Positions 18,659 to 29,482 of a stretch of DNA of 64,000 nucleotides are shown piece by piece. Within the stretch, counting starts at the first letter, position 1. Every line of letters starts with the position of its first letter. The stretch is from Candidatus Saccharimonadales bacterium (GTDB lineage: Bacteria; Patescibacteriota; Saccharimonadia; Saccharimonadales; SZUA-47): the NCBI GenBank assembly GCA_041737385.1, contig JBGSRU010000002.1, positions 333,437-397,436 on the forward strand. The letters are read 5' to 3'. Made by a program: the position numbers and the translations under genes. Below the pieces are notes generated by a model. That model was not told the origin of the DNA. It ran no database searches and saw only the letters and a program-made list of their open reading frames with translations.

Positions 18659-19378
18659 TTAGATCGTCCATTCCGACGTGCCTGCTTCTGCTATGTCTGA
18701 AATATGGGTGGGGGGGTCTTGGCTAGCTTCATTTGCATGTAGTCGCAGAGCCGTACTTTCTTGTGCTTGGTTGTATGTAGTGTTCGATAGTGCACTAAAG
18801 TCTTCAATCGTATCTTTTGTACCAGCTTGGATGGGTATATCAGACCCTGAACCTATTCGTGTCTCACTACTTGAGCCTCGTGTCGGCACTGCATATCTTG
18901 CAGACGCAAAATCAATGATTGTTGAACCTAGCTCATCTCCAGCAACAACAGTCATTGCGTGAGCTTTTGTCCATTCTACTGCTCCAAAAGCAGACAGTAG
19001 GCCAAATCCACGCTTCGGTTTTTCTGATGGAAATTTCTCTGGACGGTGCAACTTTCTAGCAGCTTCTTCTGCAACAAGCTTAGTAAGCGCGACAGTGTCA
19101 GATGCTGCATTTCTTACCCTATCTGAACCAGTTGCGCCAGTTACTGGATCAGTAGCTAGTAAATCGAACGTCGCATGTGCTTTTTCAACACCAGATTGAA
19201 CCTTTTTTGCTCCGCCCCAAGCAGCTAGCAATCCTAATGAACCAACAGTTAGTGGCGCTATGAGCGCAACTTCTAGTGTCTTTTTTGAAGCTCTATCAAG
19301 TCTTGCTCCAATAGATTCTAAATGATCACCATCATGCCCGACATGATTCGCTCCAGAACTATGTGCATGCACACTCAT
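18659..19378 (-). CDS. orphan 239-aa protein inserted between atpD and atpC
   Basis: Starts 2 nt after the atpD stop and ends 4 nt before the atpC start. It has a His-rich N-terminus (MSVHAHSSGANHVGHDGDH) and one hydrophobic segment (ALIAPLTVGSLGLLAAWGGA). Confidence 0.55.
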   Translation of the reverse strand: MSVHAHSSGANHVGHDGDHLESIGARLDRASKKTLEVALIAPLTVGSLGLLAAWGGAKKVQSGVEKAHATFDLLATDPVTGATGSDRVRNAASDTVALTKLVAEEAARKLHRPEKFPSEKPKRGFGLLSAFGAVEWTKAHAMTVVAGDELGSTIIDFASARYAVPTRGSSSETRIGSGSDIPIQAGTKDTIEDFSALSNTTYNQAQESTALRLHANEASQDPPTHISDIAEAGTSEWTI

Positions 19379-19380
19379 TG

Positions 19381-20823
<1,443 letters not shown>

Positions 20824-20865
20824 TCATTAATTTCGTTTGCAATAGATTCTTCTGTCGCTGCCTTA

Positions 20866-21810
20866 TCATGACATTGCCTCCGCTCCACCGACGATTTCTG
20901 CGAGTTCTTGGGTGATGGCTGATTGGCGGGCGCTGTTAGCAGCTAGTGTCAGGTCATCTATCAGATCACCAGCGTTGTCAGAAGCAGTTTTCATGGCTAA
21001 CATACGTGAACTTTGCTCTGAGGCTTGGCTCTCTAAGTAAGCTTGCCATAACTGTACATCGACTAAACGATCAGCAATAGTATCAAGCACGACTTGTGGA
21101 CTTGGTTCAAACAATGCCAGCTCTAGATCTGCTGAGACTTTTGTGTCTGTAAATGCAGCAGGTAAGAGTCGTTGTTTGGTTACTTCTTGGACAACACTCG
21201 ACTTAAAATCAGTGAACAATATGTCTACAGCATCTGTTTGGGGGATTATTTCTGCAACTATATTTTTTGCATAAGGGTTCTTAATAGTGCTTTCGTCTTC
21301 ATTCTTAACGATTATTTCTTTACCAACGAACTGTTCTTTTACAGTGCTGAGGATTGCAATCAGATCATTGATAGTTGGTCGTTCTGGCATAGAGTCGTAA
21401 CTAGCAAGCACGTGTATATCTGAGATTTTTCCAACAAACTTCGCTGCTTGTTTACCAATAGTGATGATTTTGGTTTCAATATTGTTCTCAATATCAGCTT
21501 TAAGTTCTTTTGTTAACTGACGAAGAACGTTAGAGTTATATGCTCCAGCCAATCCTCGGTCTGAGGTAATGACTATGAGAATTCGACTTTTTACCTCGCG
21601 AGTAACGAAAAGTGGATGCTTCGAGACATCAGTAAGCTCACGCAAACGAGTCAATATCTGGCGGGCTGTATGTACATATGCGCGTGACGCTACCGTTGTT
21701 TCTTGAGCACGGCGCATTTTACTGGCAGCAACCAGCTCCATAGCCTTGGTGATCTGCTTGGTATTCTTGACGCTCTTGATGCGCGCTTTGATCTGCTGTG
21801 TACTAGCCAT
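20866..21810 (-). CDS. atpG: F1 ATP synthase gamma subunit
   Basis: N-terminal IKARIKSVKNTKQITKAMELVAASKMR and C-terminal ITQELAEIVGGAEA signatures. Confidence 0.9.
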   Translation of the reverse strand: MASTQQIKARIKSVKNTKQITKAMELVAASKMRRAQETTVASRAYVHTARQILTRLRELTDVSKHPLFVTREVKSRILIVITSDRGLAGAYNSNVLRQLTKELKADIENNIETKIITIGKQAAKFVGKISDIHVLASYDSMPERPTINDLIAILSTVKEQFVGKEIIVKNEDESTIKNPYAKNIVAEIIPQTDAVDILFTDFKSSVVQEVTKQRLLPAAFTDTKVSADLELALFEPSPQVVLDTIADRLVDVQLWQAYLESQASEQSSRMLAMKTASDNAGDLIDDLTLAANSARQSAITQELAEIVGGAEAMS

Positions 21811-22183
21811 TATTGACTCCTCTCAATGCGGCAAACGCAAGATGAGAAGTTTTATTACGAAGCCGGAAAACGTCTCCTACAAGTACTTCATCCTCGCCAC
21901 GATCACGTAGCTGACGAGCTGCCCATACATCAAAATCAACGAGTATTGGTTGCTCAGTATCATCCTCAGCAGGAGTTACTACTTTGAAATCGTACGTTGA
22001 TATTCCCGTATTTGGATCGATAGCAGTTTGCGTTCTTACGAAGTTCGGTGGTAGCTGATAAGGGATAAACGCAAAGGCATAGCCTTCATTGATAGCTGTT
22101 GGTGTTTCGGTAGCCTCTATGCGAATAGCCTCCGATACAAATCCTTCAGCAAACGTTTCTAAACTTTCATATGTTTGAGCCAT
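21803..22183 (-). CDS. orphan 126-aa protein inside the atp operon
   Basis: SD AAGGTGA. Its 3' end overlaps the atpG start by 8 nt. No motif recognised. Confidence 0.55.
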   Translation of the reverse strand: MAQTYESLETFAEGFVSEAIRIEATETPTAINEGYAFAFIPYQLPPNFVRTQTAIDPNTGISTYDFKVVTPAEDDTEQPILVDFDVWAARQLRDRGEDEVLVGDVFRLRNKTSHLAFAALRGVNNG

Positions 22184-22224
22184 AAACTAATTCACCTTGC
22201 CCATTATTAACGATTTATACACGA

Positions 22225-22482
22225 TCACGCGAATCCACCCTGAGGAGACCATTCATTAATAAACTGCGGTGGTACAGGAAGTAACTGCTCTCTAGTATCT
22301 ACTAAATGATCTCCTCTATGCATAGCTGACTGAAGTCCGCATAGCGCCGCTCTTCTCGCAACAGCCAAGTCTTCACCGGTCAGAGTGCTTAGTCCAGTAA
22401 CGACATCAGCTTCAACACCCAAGCCTTTAGCGACTTCGGCGATTAGTTGTTCTGGTGTTGGGTAGGGCTGTGCATCTGACAT
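22225..22482 (-). CDS. orphan 85-aa protein inside the atp operon
   Basis: Starts 1 nt after the atpA stop, with a GAGGAAA SD inside the atpA 3' end. No motif recognised. Confidence 0.5.
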   Translation of the reverse strand: MSDAQPYPTPEQLIAEVAKGLGVEADVVTGLSTLTGEDLAVARRAALCGLQSAMHRGDHLVDTREQLLPVPPQFINEWSPQGGFA

Positions 22483-22483
22483 A

Positions 22484-24022
22484 TTATTTTTCCTCTGCGT
22501 ATTCTTTCGCTACTTTTTCAGCTTGGTCAGTGATGATTTTGGTCATTGTGTCTTCAACTTTGCCGCCTTCGTTTAACTTCGCCATATCCTTTTTCTTCTC
22601 GCTACTTAGCTGAGAGAGCAAGGCGTGTTGAGCTTTCTTGATCTGTGCAACTGGCACGCTGTCAAATGAACCACTTGTTGCAGCGATCAGACTTGCGACT
22701 TGCTCCCATACTGATAGCGGTGAGTACTGTGGTTGTTTTAGTAGTTCAGTTAGTCGTTGACCACGTTCGATACGTGATTTTGTATCTGCGTCTAGATCTG
22801 AGCTGAACTGTGCGAATGCTGCAAGTTCACGGAACTGAGCTAGGTTGATACGTAGTGAGCCAGCTGCGCCTTTCAAGGCCTTAGTCTGGGCAGCACCACC
22901 AACACGTGATACCGATAGACCAACTGAGATAGCCGGACGGATACCTTGGTTGAACAAGCTCGTTTCCATGAAAATCTGACCGTCAGTGATCGAGATCACG
23001 TTGGTCGGGACGAATGCTGATATATCTCCAGCTTGCGTTTCTACAATAGGTAGGGCAGTTAGTGAACCGCCACCTTCAGCGTCAGATAGTTTGGCCGCAC
23101 GCTCGAGTAGTCGTGAGTGTAGGTAGAACACGTCACCTGGGTAAGCTTCGCGTCCCGGTGGGCGACGGAGTAGAAGTGACATCTGGCGGTAGGCCACAGC
23201 GTGCTTTGAAAGGTCGTCATAGGTAATTAATGCGTGCTGACCATTGTCTCGGTAGAATTCACCCATAGCTGCACCCGCGTACGGCGCGAGGTATTGCATT
23301 GAAGCCGGATCAGAAGCTGAAGTCGCCACTACAATAGTCTGGTCCATCACACCTTCGCGCTCAAGTCGCTCAACCATTCGTGCAACCTTGGACATCTTTT
23401 GACCAATCGCTACATAAATATTGATCACGCCTGTGTTTTGCTTGGCTTGGTTAATCATAGTGTCTACCGCAACGGCTGTTTTACCAGTTTGGCGGTCACC
23501 GATGATCAGCTCACGCTGACCACGACCGATTGGGACCATAGCGTCAATTGCCATCAGTCCAGTCATCATAGGTTCGTGGACAGATTTACGAGCAAGCACA
23601 CCAGGAGCAGGTCGTTCTACGAGTCCAGTTAGCTTTGTTTTGATAGGACCCTTGTCGTCAAGTGGTCGTCCAAGTGGATCAACAACGCGACCTTGCAGCT
23701 CAGGGCCGATAGGGACCTCTAGGACTGAACCAGATAGTTTGACCTTGGCGCCGGCTTTCACCTTGGTATCTGAATCTAGCAATACAGCTCCGATTTCGTC
23801 TTCCATGAGGTTGAGGGCAAATGCACTGACTGAACCGCCGTCGGCTGATTCGATTTCTAACATTTCTGAATAACCTGCAGCAGATAGTCCGTAAATCCAT
23901 GCCACACCGTCACCGATACGGGTGACGATTCCTGATTTTTCAACGTTTCCGCTGGTTTTTAGTGCTTGAATGGCGCTTCTTACTTCTGCGGCCAGTTCTG
24001 CTGTTGATACTTGTGTACTCAT
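22484..24022 (-). CDS. atpA: F1 ATP synthase alpha subunit
   Basis: Walker A GDRQTGKT and alpha-type blocks ([23 protein letters not shown]). Confidence 0.95.
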   Translation of the reverse strand: MSTQVSTAELAAEVRSAIQALKTSGNVEKSGIVTRIGDGVAWIYGLSAAGYSEMLEIESADGGSVSAFALNLMEDEIGAVLLDSDTKVKAGAKVKLSGSVLEVPIGPELQGRVVDPLGRPLDDKGPIKTKLTGLVERPAPGVLARKSVHEPMMTGLMAIDAMVPIGRGQRELIIGDRQTGKTAVAVDTMINQAKQNTGVINIYVAIGQKMSKVARMVERLEREGVMDQTIVVATSASDPASMQYLAPYAGAAMGEFYRDNGQHALITYDDLSKHAVAYRQMSLLLRRPPGREAYPGDVFYLHSRLLERAAKLSDAEGGGSLTALPIVETQAGDISAFVPTNVISITDGQIFMETSLFNQGIRPAISVGLSVSRVGGAAQTKALKGAAGSLRINLAQFRELAAFAQFSSDLDADTKSRIERGQRLTELLKQPQYSPLSVWEQVASLIAATSGSFDSVPVAQIKKAQHALLSQLSSEKKKDMAKLNEGGKVEDTMTKIITDQAEKVAKEYAEEK

Positions 24023-24023
24023 A

Positions 24024-24413
24024 TTATTTGCTCTCCGATATTGCTGTTTTAAATCTATTTAATCTTCCTCGTACTGTTAGGTCTATTTCTGACTCACCTG
24101 AACGGGCTTTGACTCCGCCAATGACACTTAGGTCGATGACTTCATTGAACTGTGGGTTCTCAACCTCAAGAAGCGCTGCGAGCTGCTTCTTCACTTCACC
24201 AGATACCTCATGTGCAGACGTAATAGTAACCTGTGCAGACCCACGGCGAGTTAACTCTTCATCAATAGCTCGCATAACCGCTGACATATCGCGACTACGA
24301 CGTTCTTCTAGTAGGTATGCGGCAATGCTTGACGATAAATGCTTGATGTTTGAGCCAGCTTCAAGCTGATCAACCGCATACTTAGCCAAGTCGTTAGTCG
24401 TTACTTTACCCAC
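24024..24413 (-). CDS. atpH: F1 ATP synthase delta (OSCP) subunit, short form (129 aa)
   Basis: The C-terminal [30 protein letters not shown] matches the delta C-terminal motif. Its position between atpF and atpA fits. Confidence 0.75.
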   Translation of the reverse strand: MGKVTTNDLAKYAVDQLEAGSNIKHLSSSIAAYLLEERRSRDMSAVMRAIDEELTRRGSAQVTITSAHEVSGEVKKQLAALLEVENPQFNEVIDLSVIGGVKARSGESEIDLTVRGRLNRFKTAISESK

Positions 24414-24976
24414 TATTTCAAAGCCTCCTTGAGATAGTTTTCTACTAATTTTCTGTCACCTGACTCGTCGAGTTTTTGACCGATGATTGCTTCGGTCGCT
24501 TCAGTTACCAAACTTGCCATTTCGGATTTCAGACCTTTGCGGGCTTCATCAATGTCGCGTTCAATTTTGCCTTCAGCCGCACGTAGAATATCGTCAGCCT
24601 TTTGATTGGCTTTTTCTTCAGCAGCTTGGATCATTTTACCCGTTTCTTGACTAGCTTCAGCAATGATCAAGTCAGCTTCTTTTCTGGCAGCTTTCAAGGC
24701 TTTCTCTACAGTCAGTTCTAGCTCTGCAGACTTCTTGTCCATTTCTGAAGTTAGATGCAGGCCACGGCTGATGTCTTCCTCGCGCTTCTGCAGGTTAGCA
24801 ACGATACCACTAAGTGCGTACTTCTTAATCACAAAGAACAAGACGAGGAAGGTAATTGCAGATGCACCGATTGCAGGCAAGCTTAAGCCTAGCGCACCGA
24901 TGCCTTCAGAAGTTTCTTCCGCTTTTTCACCGGCTGCCGCAGCTCCAGCTGCAAATGTATTTAGTAAGTTCATCAT
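24413..24976 (-). CDS. atpF: Fo ATP synthase subunit b
   Basis: A single N-terminal TM followed by a long charged helix. Its position fits, and it has a 1-nt overlap with atpH. Confidence 0.8.
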   Translation of the reverse strand: MMNLLNTFAAGAAAAGEKAEETSEGIGALGLSLPAIGASAITFLVLFFVIKKYALSGIVANLQKREEDISRGLHLTSEMDKKSAELELTVEKALKAARKEADLIIAEASQETGKMIQAAEEKANQKADDILRAAEGKIERDIDEARKGLKSEMASLVTEATEAIIGQKLDESGDRKLVENYLKEALK

Positions 24977-25082
24977 ATATTTCTAATTGTATCCTTTCCG
25001 GTCGGAACAACCATAACTGATTACGATTGATCATAGTCAGGTGTCGTTGTTCGAGGGAAATTAATTGTTAAATGTTGTTGGT

Positions 25083-25110
25083 GGAGAGAGCAACTGAGGT
25101 CACTCTCTCC
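25083..25110 (-). other. 8-bp stem hairpin in the atpE-atpF spacer
   Basis: GGAGAGAG (25083-90) / CTCTCTCC (25103-10). It lies just 3' of the atpE stop within a 146-nt intra-operon gap. Confidence 0.5.
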
Positions 25111-25122
25111 CAATGGTGCTTC

Positions 25123-25374
25123 CTACAAGAGGAATGCGCCAAGTAGGAACGCAAGCAGTGCGGTAACCTCGATCATAGCTGCGATAATCACAACCTGACT
25201 TGAAGCTTTTCCAGCTTCTGGATTTCGTCCAATAGCTTTCATGTAGTTTGAACCTACAAGACCAAGACCAATAGCTGCTAGTGCTAGTGAGAGACCAACC
25301 ATTCCAGCTTTTGACCATGCTTCTGCAACTTGAACATCAAATTCAGTTGCTTGTGCTAGAGTTTGTAAAAACAT
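25123..25374 (-). CDS. atpE: Fo ATP synthase subunit c
   Basis: Two-helix hairpin with a polar loop RNPE and the ion-binding Glu in AAMIEVTAL. Confidence 0.85.
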   Translation of the reverse strand: MFLQTLAQATEFDVQVAEAWSKAGMVGLSLALAAIGLGLVGSNYMKAIGRNPEAGKASSQVVIIAAMIEVTALLAFLLGAFLL

Positions 25375-25421
25375 ATTTTTTCTCCGTAGGAATTATATTC
25401 CGTGGTTACTTTTTAAATATT

Positions 25422-26297
25422 TCATGATGAAGGTACTAGCTCTTCGACCTTTTGAGCGTTAACTTCTTCATGTTCATCGTGATGGTCGGCGTGTGCAATC
25501 GCCAAGGACAAGTAGGTAGCAGTGAGTACCGTAAACACATATGCCTGAATACCGGCGACAAGCAACTCAAACATCAGAATTGGAATGACCGCAATTGGTG
25601 TCCGTCCGCCAGTCAGCACTAAACTCGTAAACACGGCTATCAAAATCTCACCAACAGCAGTGTTTAAAAACAAACGCAACGACAAGGATAAGATACGAGT
25701 AAACTCACCGAAAACCTCTAAAATACCTATAAAAAAATTGATTGGGTTGAGCGGTTTGCTACTGAAATAATGCGTTAAGTGGCCCTTGATGCCCTGAGCA
25801 CGAATTGACAAGATCTGTACATAAACAATCGCAATGATCGACATAACCAATGTACCGTTCAAATCTGCAGTGAAGGGACGGAAGAGTGGGATTTGGCCTT
25901 CTTTTGTACTGACCTCTAACGCTGGACCAACCAGTGGGAAGAGTCCCATGATATTCGTGAATAGTATGAATATAAAGAACGTTGCCATAATAGGCGCATA
26001 TTTGTAGGCTTTCTGTCGTGAACCAAAGGCGCCTTCAAGCATTCCTACGACGAACTGCACGATAGATTCAAGCACTGCGACCGAATAGTTTTTCTTGGCT
26101 GGTTTTACGGTGGATTTTTTAGCAATAGTTGTCAGGACAACTCCCATGAACAACGCGACGATTACACCATATACCATTGAATTCGTAACTGGTATGCCAG
26201 CAACGTTCCATAGCTCTTCAGCTTTAAGCGACACGTGAATTTCAGACTCACCAGCTGCAAAAACAGAGGTAATAGGGTATAGCAAAGAATTAAGCAT
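25422..26297 (-). CDS. atpB: Fo ATP synthase subunit a
   Basis: Essential-Arg motif LSLSLRLFLN. Polytopic, and the first gene of the cluster. Confidence 0.85.
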   Translation of the reverse strand: MLNSLLYPITSVFAAGESEIHVSLKAEELWNVAGIPVTNSMVYGVIVALFMGVVLTTIAKKSTVKPAKKNYSVAVLESIVQFVVGMLEGAFGSRQKAYKYAPIMATFFIFILFTNIMGLFPLVGPALEVSTKEGQIPLFRPFTADLNGTLVMSIIAIVYVQILSIRAQGIKGHLTHYFSSKPLNPINFFIGILEVFGEFTRILSLSLRLFLNTAVGEILIAVFTSLVLTGGRTPIAVIPILMFELLVAGIQAYVFTVLTATYLSLAIAHADHHDEHEEVNAQKVEELVPSS

Positions 26298-26482
26298 TAT
26301 GCATACTCCAGCGTGCGCGTCGGCGTTTCAGTCGGCGTATATCTCATTTCACCCTATTTTAGCAGAGAAGTCAGACCTCAGACAAGGCTTTTTGTGATAA
26401 AAATCACTTTTTTTATAAAAAGTGTATAATCTATAAAACAATTTTGTATTTTTACCAAAATATTGTAGAATAGAAAGTTATC

Positions 26483-28414
26483 ATGCCTGAAATTTCACTA
26501 CCACCAATTACAGACACTATTGATCCGCACATTCGGATGGGTTTTTCAATTGGAAACAACCCTGTGCATGAATCAATGTTACACAGAAATAGTAATCCAC
26601 TAGAAATTCGCCACGATCACAAGCCTTCGATTTGGGACAGTCGTACTTGGGGCGCGACCCAACCCGATTATATTACCTTCGAACCAAACGATTTCTTGCA
26701 TCGATTACAGAGCGGTCATACACCAACTCGCTCAGATAGATTAAGATATCAAACTACCCGAGGATTTCGTGCTGGTGTTTTTAGAGATGTAGCAGACGAC
26801 ACAGACTCTAGAGAGCGACACAACGTTTCTCTCCATAGGATAAGTCAAGATCATACGAGCATTCCAAGAAGAAGAGTCCGTAGAGGCTTTGAAGCCGGAG
26901 TTGCCGTAAATGGACGTACAGTAGCCGCCACGCTTGCAGCAAGTGCACTTGTGTCTAGCGTCGGGGTACCAGATTTATTAGAGCCTTTTGTCATTAGAAT
27001 TGATACAGAAGACAAAATTATCCCGCTTGGATTAAGACAAGTAGAGCGTGATATTCCATTTCAAGAGCAGGAGTTTGTGACGACACGGCAGCGCAGTGAA
27101 CCTACGTTTAGCACAGGGCCTACTTTTGGAAGCGTCAGTACAACGGAAGAGTTTTCCAAGGAATTTACTATTCCAATGATCTGGTCTGAAACATTTGGAC
27201 CAAATGCAAAAATAGGCCTAGCTAACGCCGCTCCTCTCGATGCTGTCTACGATCTTGTAGACCAAGAAGGTATAGATATAGATAGTATCGTTATCAGAGG
27301 CTACTCAGACGCTACCGATGACACTCGTGATGGAGTAGCAGGTGTCCAAACACAAACGGCTGGGAACCAAGCAATTGCCGATGCGCGAGGAGAATTCATA
27401 GCCCGTGAAATAGTCGGGAACACTACTGTCGACAGCACTGTTGTATCGCAAGCCTTTGACCATATAGCTGAAGATAGCTTTACGGATGCAGAGCTAGAGA
27501 CTTTGCAAGTACTTTCAGAAAAATACGGCCGATTACCGGACGAGTTAATTGAACAATTCCACCGAGGTGCTATATCTGAAGCAGAAATTATAGCTTGGGG
27601 AACCGAAGAAATTGATGCCGAACAACGCGTAGAAGTCACTGTCGCCGGTACAACTACATCAACAGCTACAGGCGTAACGGGCGAGCAAGAGTTTTGCGAT
27701 ATACGAGAAACAGTGACCGAAGTTCCCATTAACGAAACTGAAATGGTGACCGAGCAAAACGAAATCGGTTTGCCAGATGTTTCACTCGCAATATTACCGT
27801 TGTTCTTGTACGCGGCTAGGCGCATGCGTGTTCACAAGCGACGTGTAGAGCCTTTAAGCGAAAATGCAGAAGCAATACGACGCGCTATAGAAAGCGAACT
27901 CTCTCCTCAGCAACAGATTAGACTACCAAGGTTGCAAACTGGTCGAGGCTCAGGTGGCAGCGGAGCAGGGCGCGTTCCTACAAGTAGGGGGAGCACAGGA
28001 GCAACTCCGACAACACCTCGAACGCCATCTCCTACTACATCGCCGCGACCAAATACTGGAAGCGCTCCAAATACTCCAGCTAGGACTCCTCAACCAAGAC
28101 CAGAAGCAACCCCACCAGCATCTACCGTCGTAAGACCACCCCGCCCAACGATCAGAGAGACACTACGCCAGTGGCGATTTCCTGCGCTTGTCGGAGGCGG
28201 AGTTGTAGCAGCTGTTATTCTGCTTTCAATGTGTGATAGTGATCCTGATTTGCCAAATTACGATTTCAGCGTTCCACGAATAGAATCAGACGGTAATCCA
28301 CCGAGCGAGCCAGAGCTTGAATCAAAAGAATGTAAAATTACTACCGTCAGTACAGATCGAAACGGCGAAGTATCCATTTCCTCAGCAGACACAACCATAA
28401 TCGTAGAAAAATAA
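26483..28414 (+). CDS. large orphan membrane protein with P/T-rich linker
   Basis: 643-aa ORF. Weak OmpA-like block (IRGYSDATDD…GNQAIADARGEFIARE). Internal LPDVS, hydrophobic stretch and RRMRVHKRR. PT-rich tract, then a second TM. Confidence 0.55.
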   Translation: MPEISLPPITDTIDPHIRMGFSIGNNPVHESMLHRNSNPLEIRHDHKPSIWDSRTWGATQPDYITFEPNDFLHRLQSGHTPTRSDRLRYQTTRGFRAGVFRDVADDTDSRERHNVSLHRISQDHTSIPRRRVRRGFEAGVAVNGRTVAATLAASALVSSVGVPDLLEPFVIRIDTEDKIIPLGLRQVERDIPFQEQEFVTTRQRSEPTFSTGPTFGSVSTTEEFSKEFTIPMIWSETFGPNAKIGLANAAPLDAVYDLVDQEGIDIDSIVIRGYSDATDDTRDGVAGVQTQTAGNQAIADARGEFIAREIVGNTTVDSTVVSQAFDHIAEDSFTDAELETLQVLSEKYGRLPDELIEQFHRGAISEAEIIAWGTEEIDAEQRVEVTVAGTTTSTATGVTGEQEFCDIRETVTEVPINETEMVTEQNEIGLPDVSLAILPLFLYAARRMRVHKRRVEPLSENAEAIRRAIESELSPQQQIRLPRLQTGRGSGGSGAGRVPTSRGSTGATPTTPRTPSPTTSPRPNTGSAPNTPARTPQPRPEATPPASTVVRPPRPTIRETLRQWRFPALVGGGVVAAVILLSMCDSDPDLPNYDFSVPRIESDGNPPSEPELESKECKITTVSTDRNGEVSISSADTTIIVEK

Positions 28415-28485
28415 TTTATGTCACTTTGAGCAAGTGAACTTAAGTAGTTGCAACCCTGCTTGCGGCTTAAGAAACTATTCACCGA

Positions 28486-29124
28486 TTACTCCCAGAATCT
28501 AACAGCTGTTTCGAGTCGTTCTGATAGGGTTAGTTCTTTGCTGCCGGTGCAGGCTGAAGGATCGGCACGCTGATTGTATTCGCCCGCGTCTTGCGAGATT
28601 TCTGCATATTGTTCGTCTAGTTTTTCTCTCGTTGGACTACCAACGCTTATCAATAATGTGTCTTCTGATCGAATCGTCCGATTCGCAGTTGTTTCGACTT
28701 CGTCGCCGTTTAAGATAAATCTAATTTGAGTATCTTCGTCTTCAACGTACACTACACCGTCATAACGGAACACTGTATCTCCATCTGTCATACCGACGTT
28801 AGCAAAGAAATGTCCCCACGTTGCTGCTTCGTCGTGAACATGGACGATATGGTTGACTTGGTCATGCATGTGCGCGCGGATTTTAGGGTTATTTAGGTCG
28901 TCGCCACCACATGATTGCACTTCCTCGTAGTAAAATGGGCTATCAAACGGTAACCGTTGTTCTTCGATAAAAACAGCAAAATTAGCGTGATAATGCGTAG
29001 ATTCACGTGTATACAAGACGAACCTCAACGCGAGCAGCCAAAAAGCTCCGATGATGAAGGCAATAATCACTAATTTGAGCTCTTTTTTGTGTACTTTTAA
29101 TTTTTCCATAGATTCAGTATACAA
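28486..29124 (-). CDS. membrane-anchored His-motif protein, hypothetical
   Basis: N-terminal TM, then HYHANFAVF… and HMHDQVNHIVHVHDE His clusters. Confidence 0.5.
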   Translation of the reverse strand: MYTESMEKLKVHKKELKLVIIAFIIGAFWLLALRFVLYTRESTHYHANFAVFIEEQRLPFDSPFYYEEVQSCGGDDLNNPKIRAHMHDQVNHIVHVHDEAATWGHFFANVGMTDGDTVFRYDGVVYVEDEDTQIRFILNGDEVETTANRTIRSEDTLLISVGSPTREKLDEQYAEISQDAGEYNQRADPSACTGSKELTLSERLETAVRFWE

Positions 29125-29131
29125 TATTGTT

Positions 29132-29440
29132 ATGATTAGATTTATTTTTGCCCACGCAGGCGAAGTGCACGACTCAACAATTACAGCATCGGCCCATGAG
29201 CTTGCTTGGTACGTTCAACTACCGCTTTTTTTCATTGTCGTCGCTATGTTTGGCAGTCTTATATGGTTAGTCTCGAAACGACAAGACACGACACTACTCA
29301 TTACGTCGTTTGCCTTACTTATTGCAGGGTTCAGCTTGTTTAAGGTCGCTCCAATTGCTAGTGCGACAGCAATTACCTTAGGACTTGTTACGACATTAGC
29401 CGTAACGCTCCTCGGTCTCGGTTCACCAGAAAAAAAATAG
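29132..29440 (+). CDS. small membrane protein, hypothetical
   Basis: Part of ORF 29051..29440. ATG 29132 (MIRFIFAHAGEVHD…) avoids overlap with the divergent gene. Three hydrophobic helices. Confidence 0.45.
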   Translation: MIRFIFAHAGEVHDSTITASAHELAWYVQLPLFFIVVAMFGSLIWLVSKRQDTTLLITSFALLIAGFSLFKVAPIASATAITLGLVTTLAVTLLGLGSPEKK

Positions 29441-29482
29441 ATTCTTTTGACTAAAAACCTCTAGACGCGCTACTGTTAGGAT

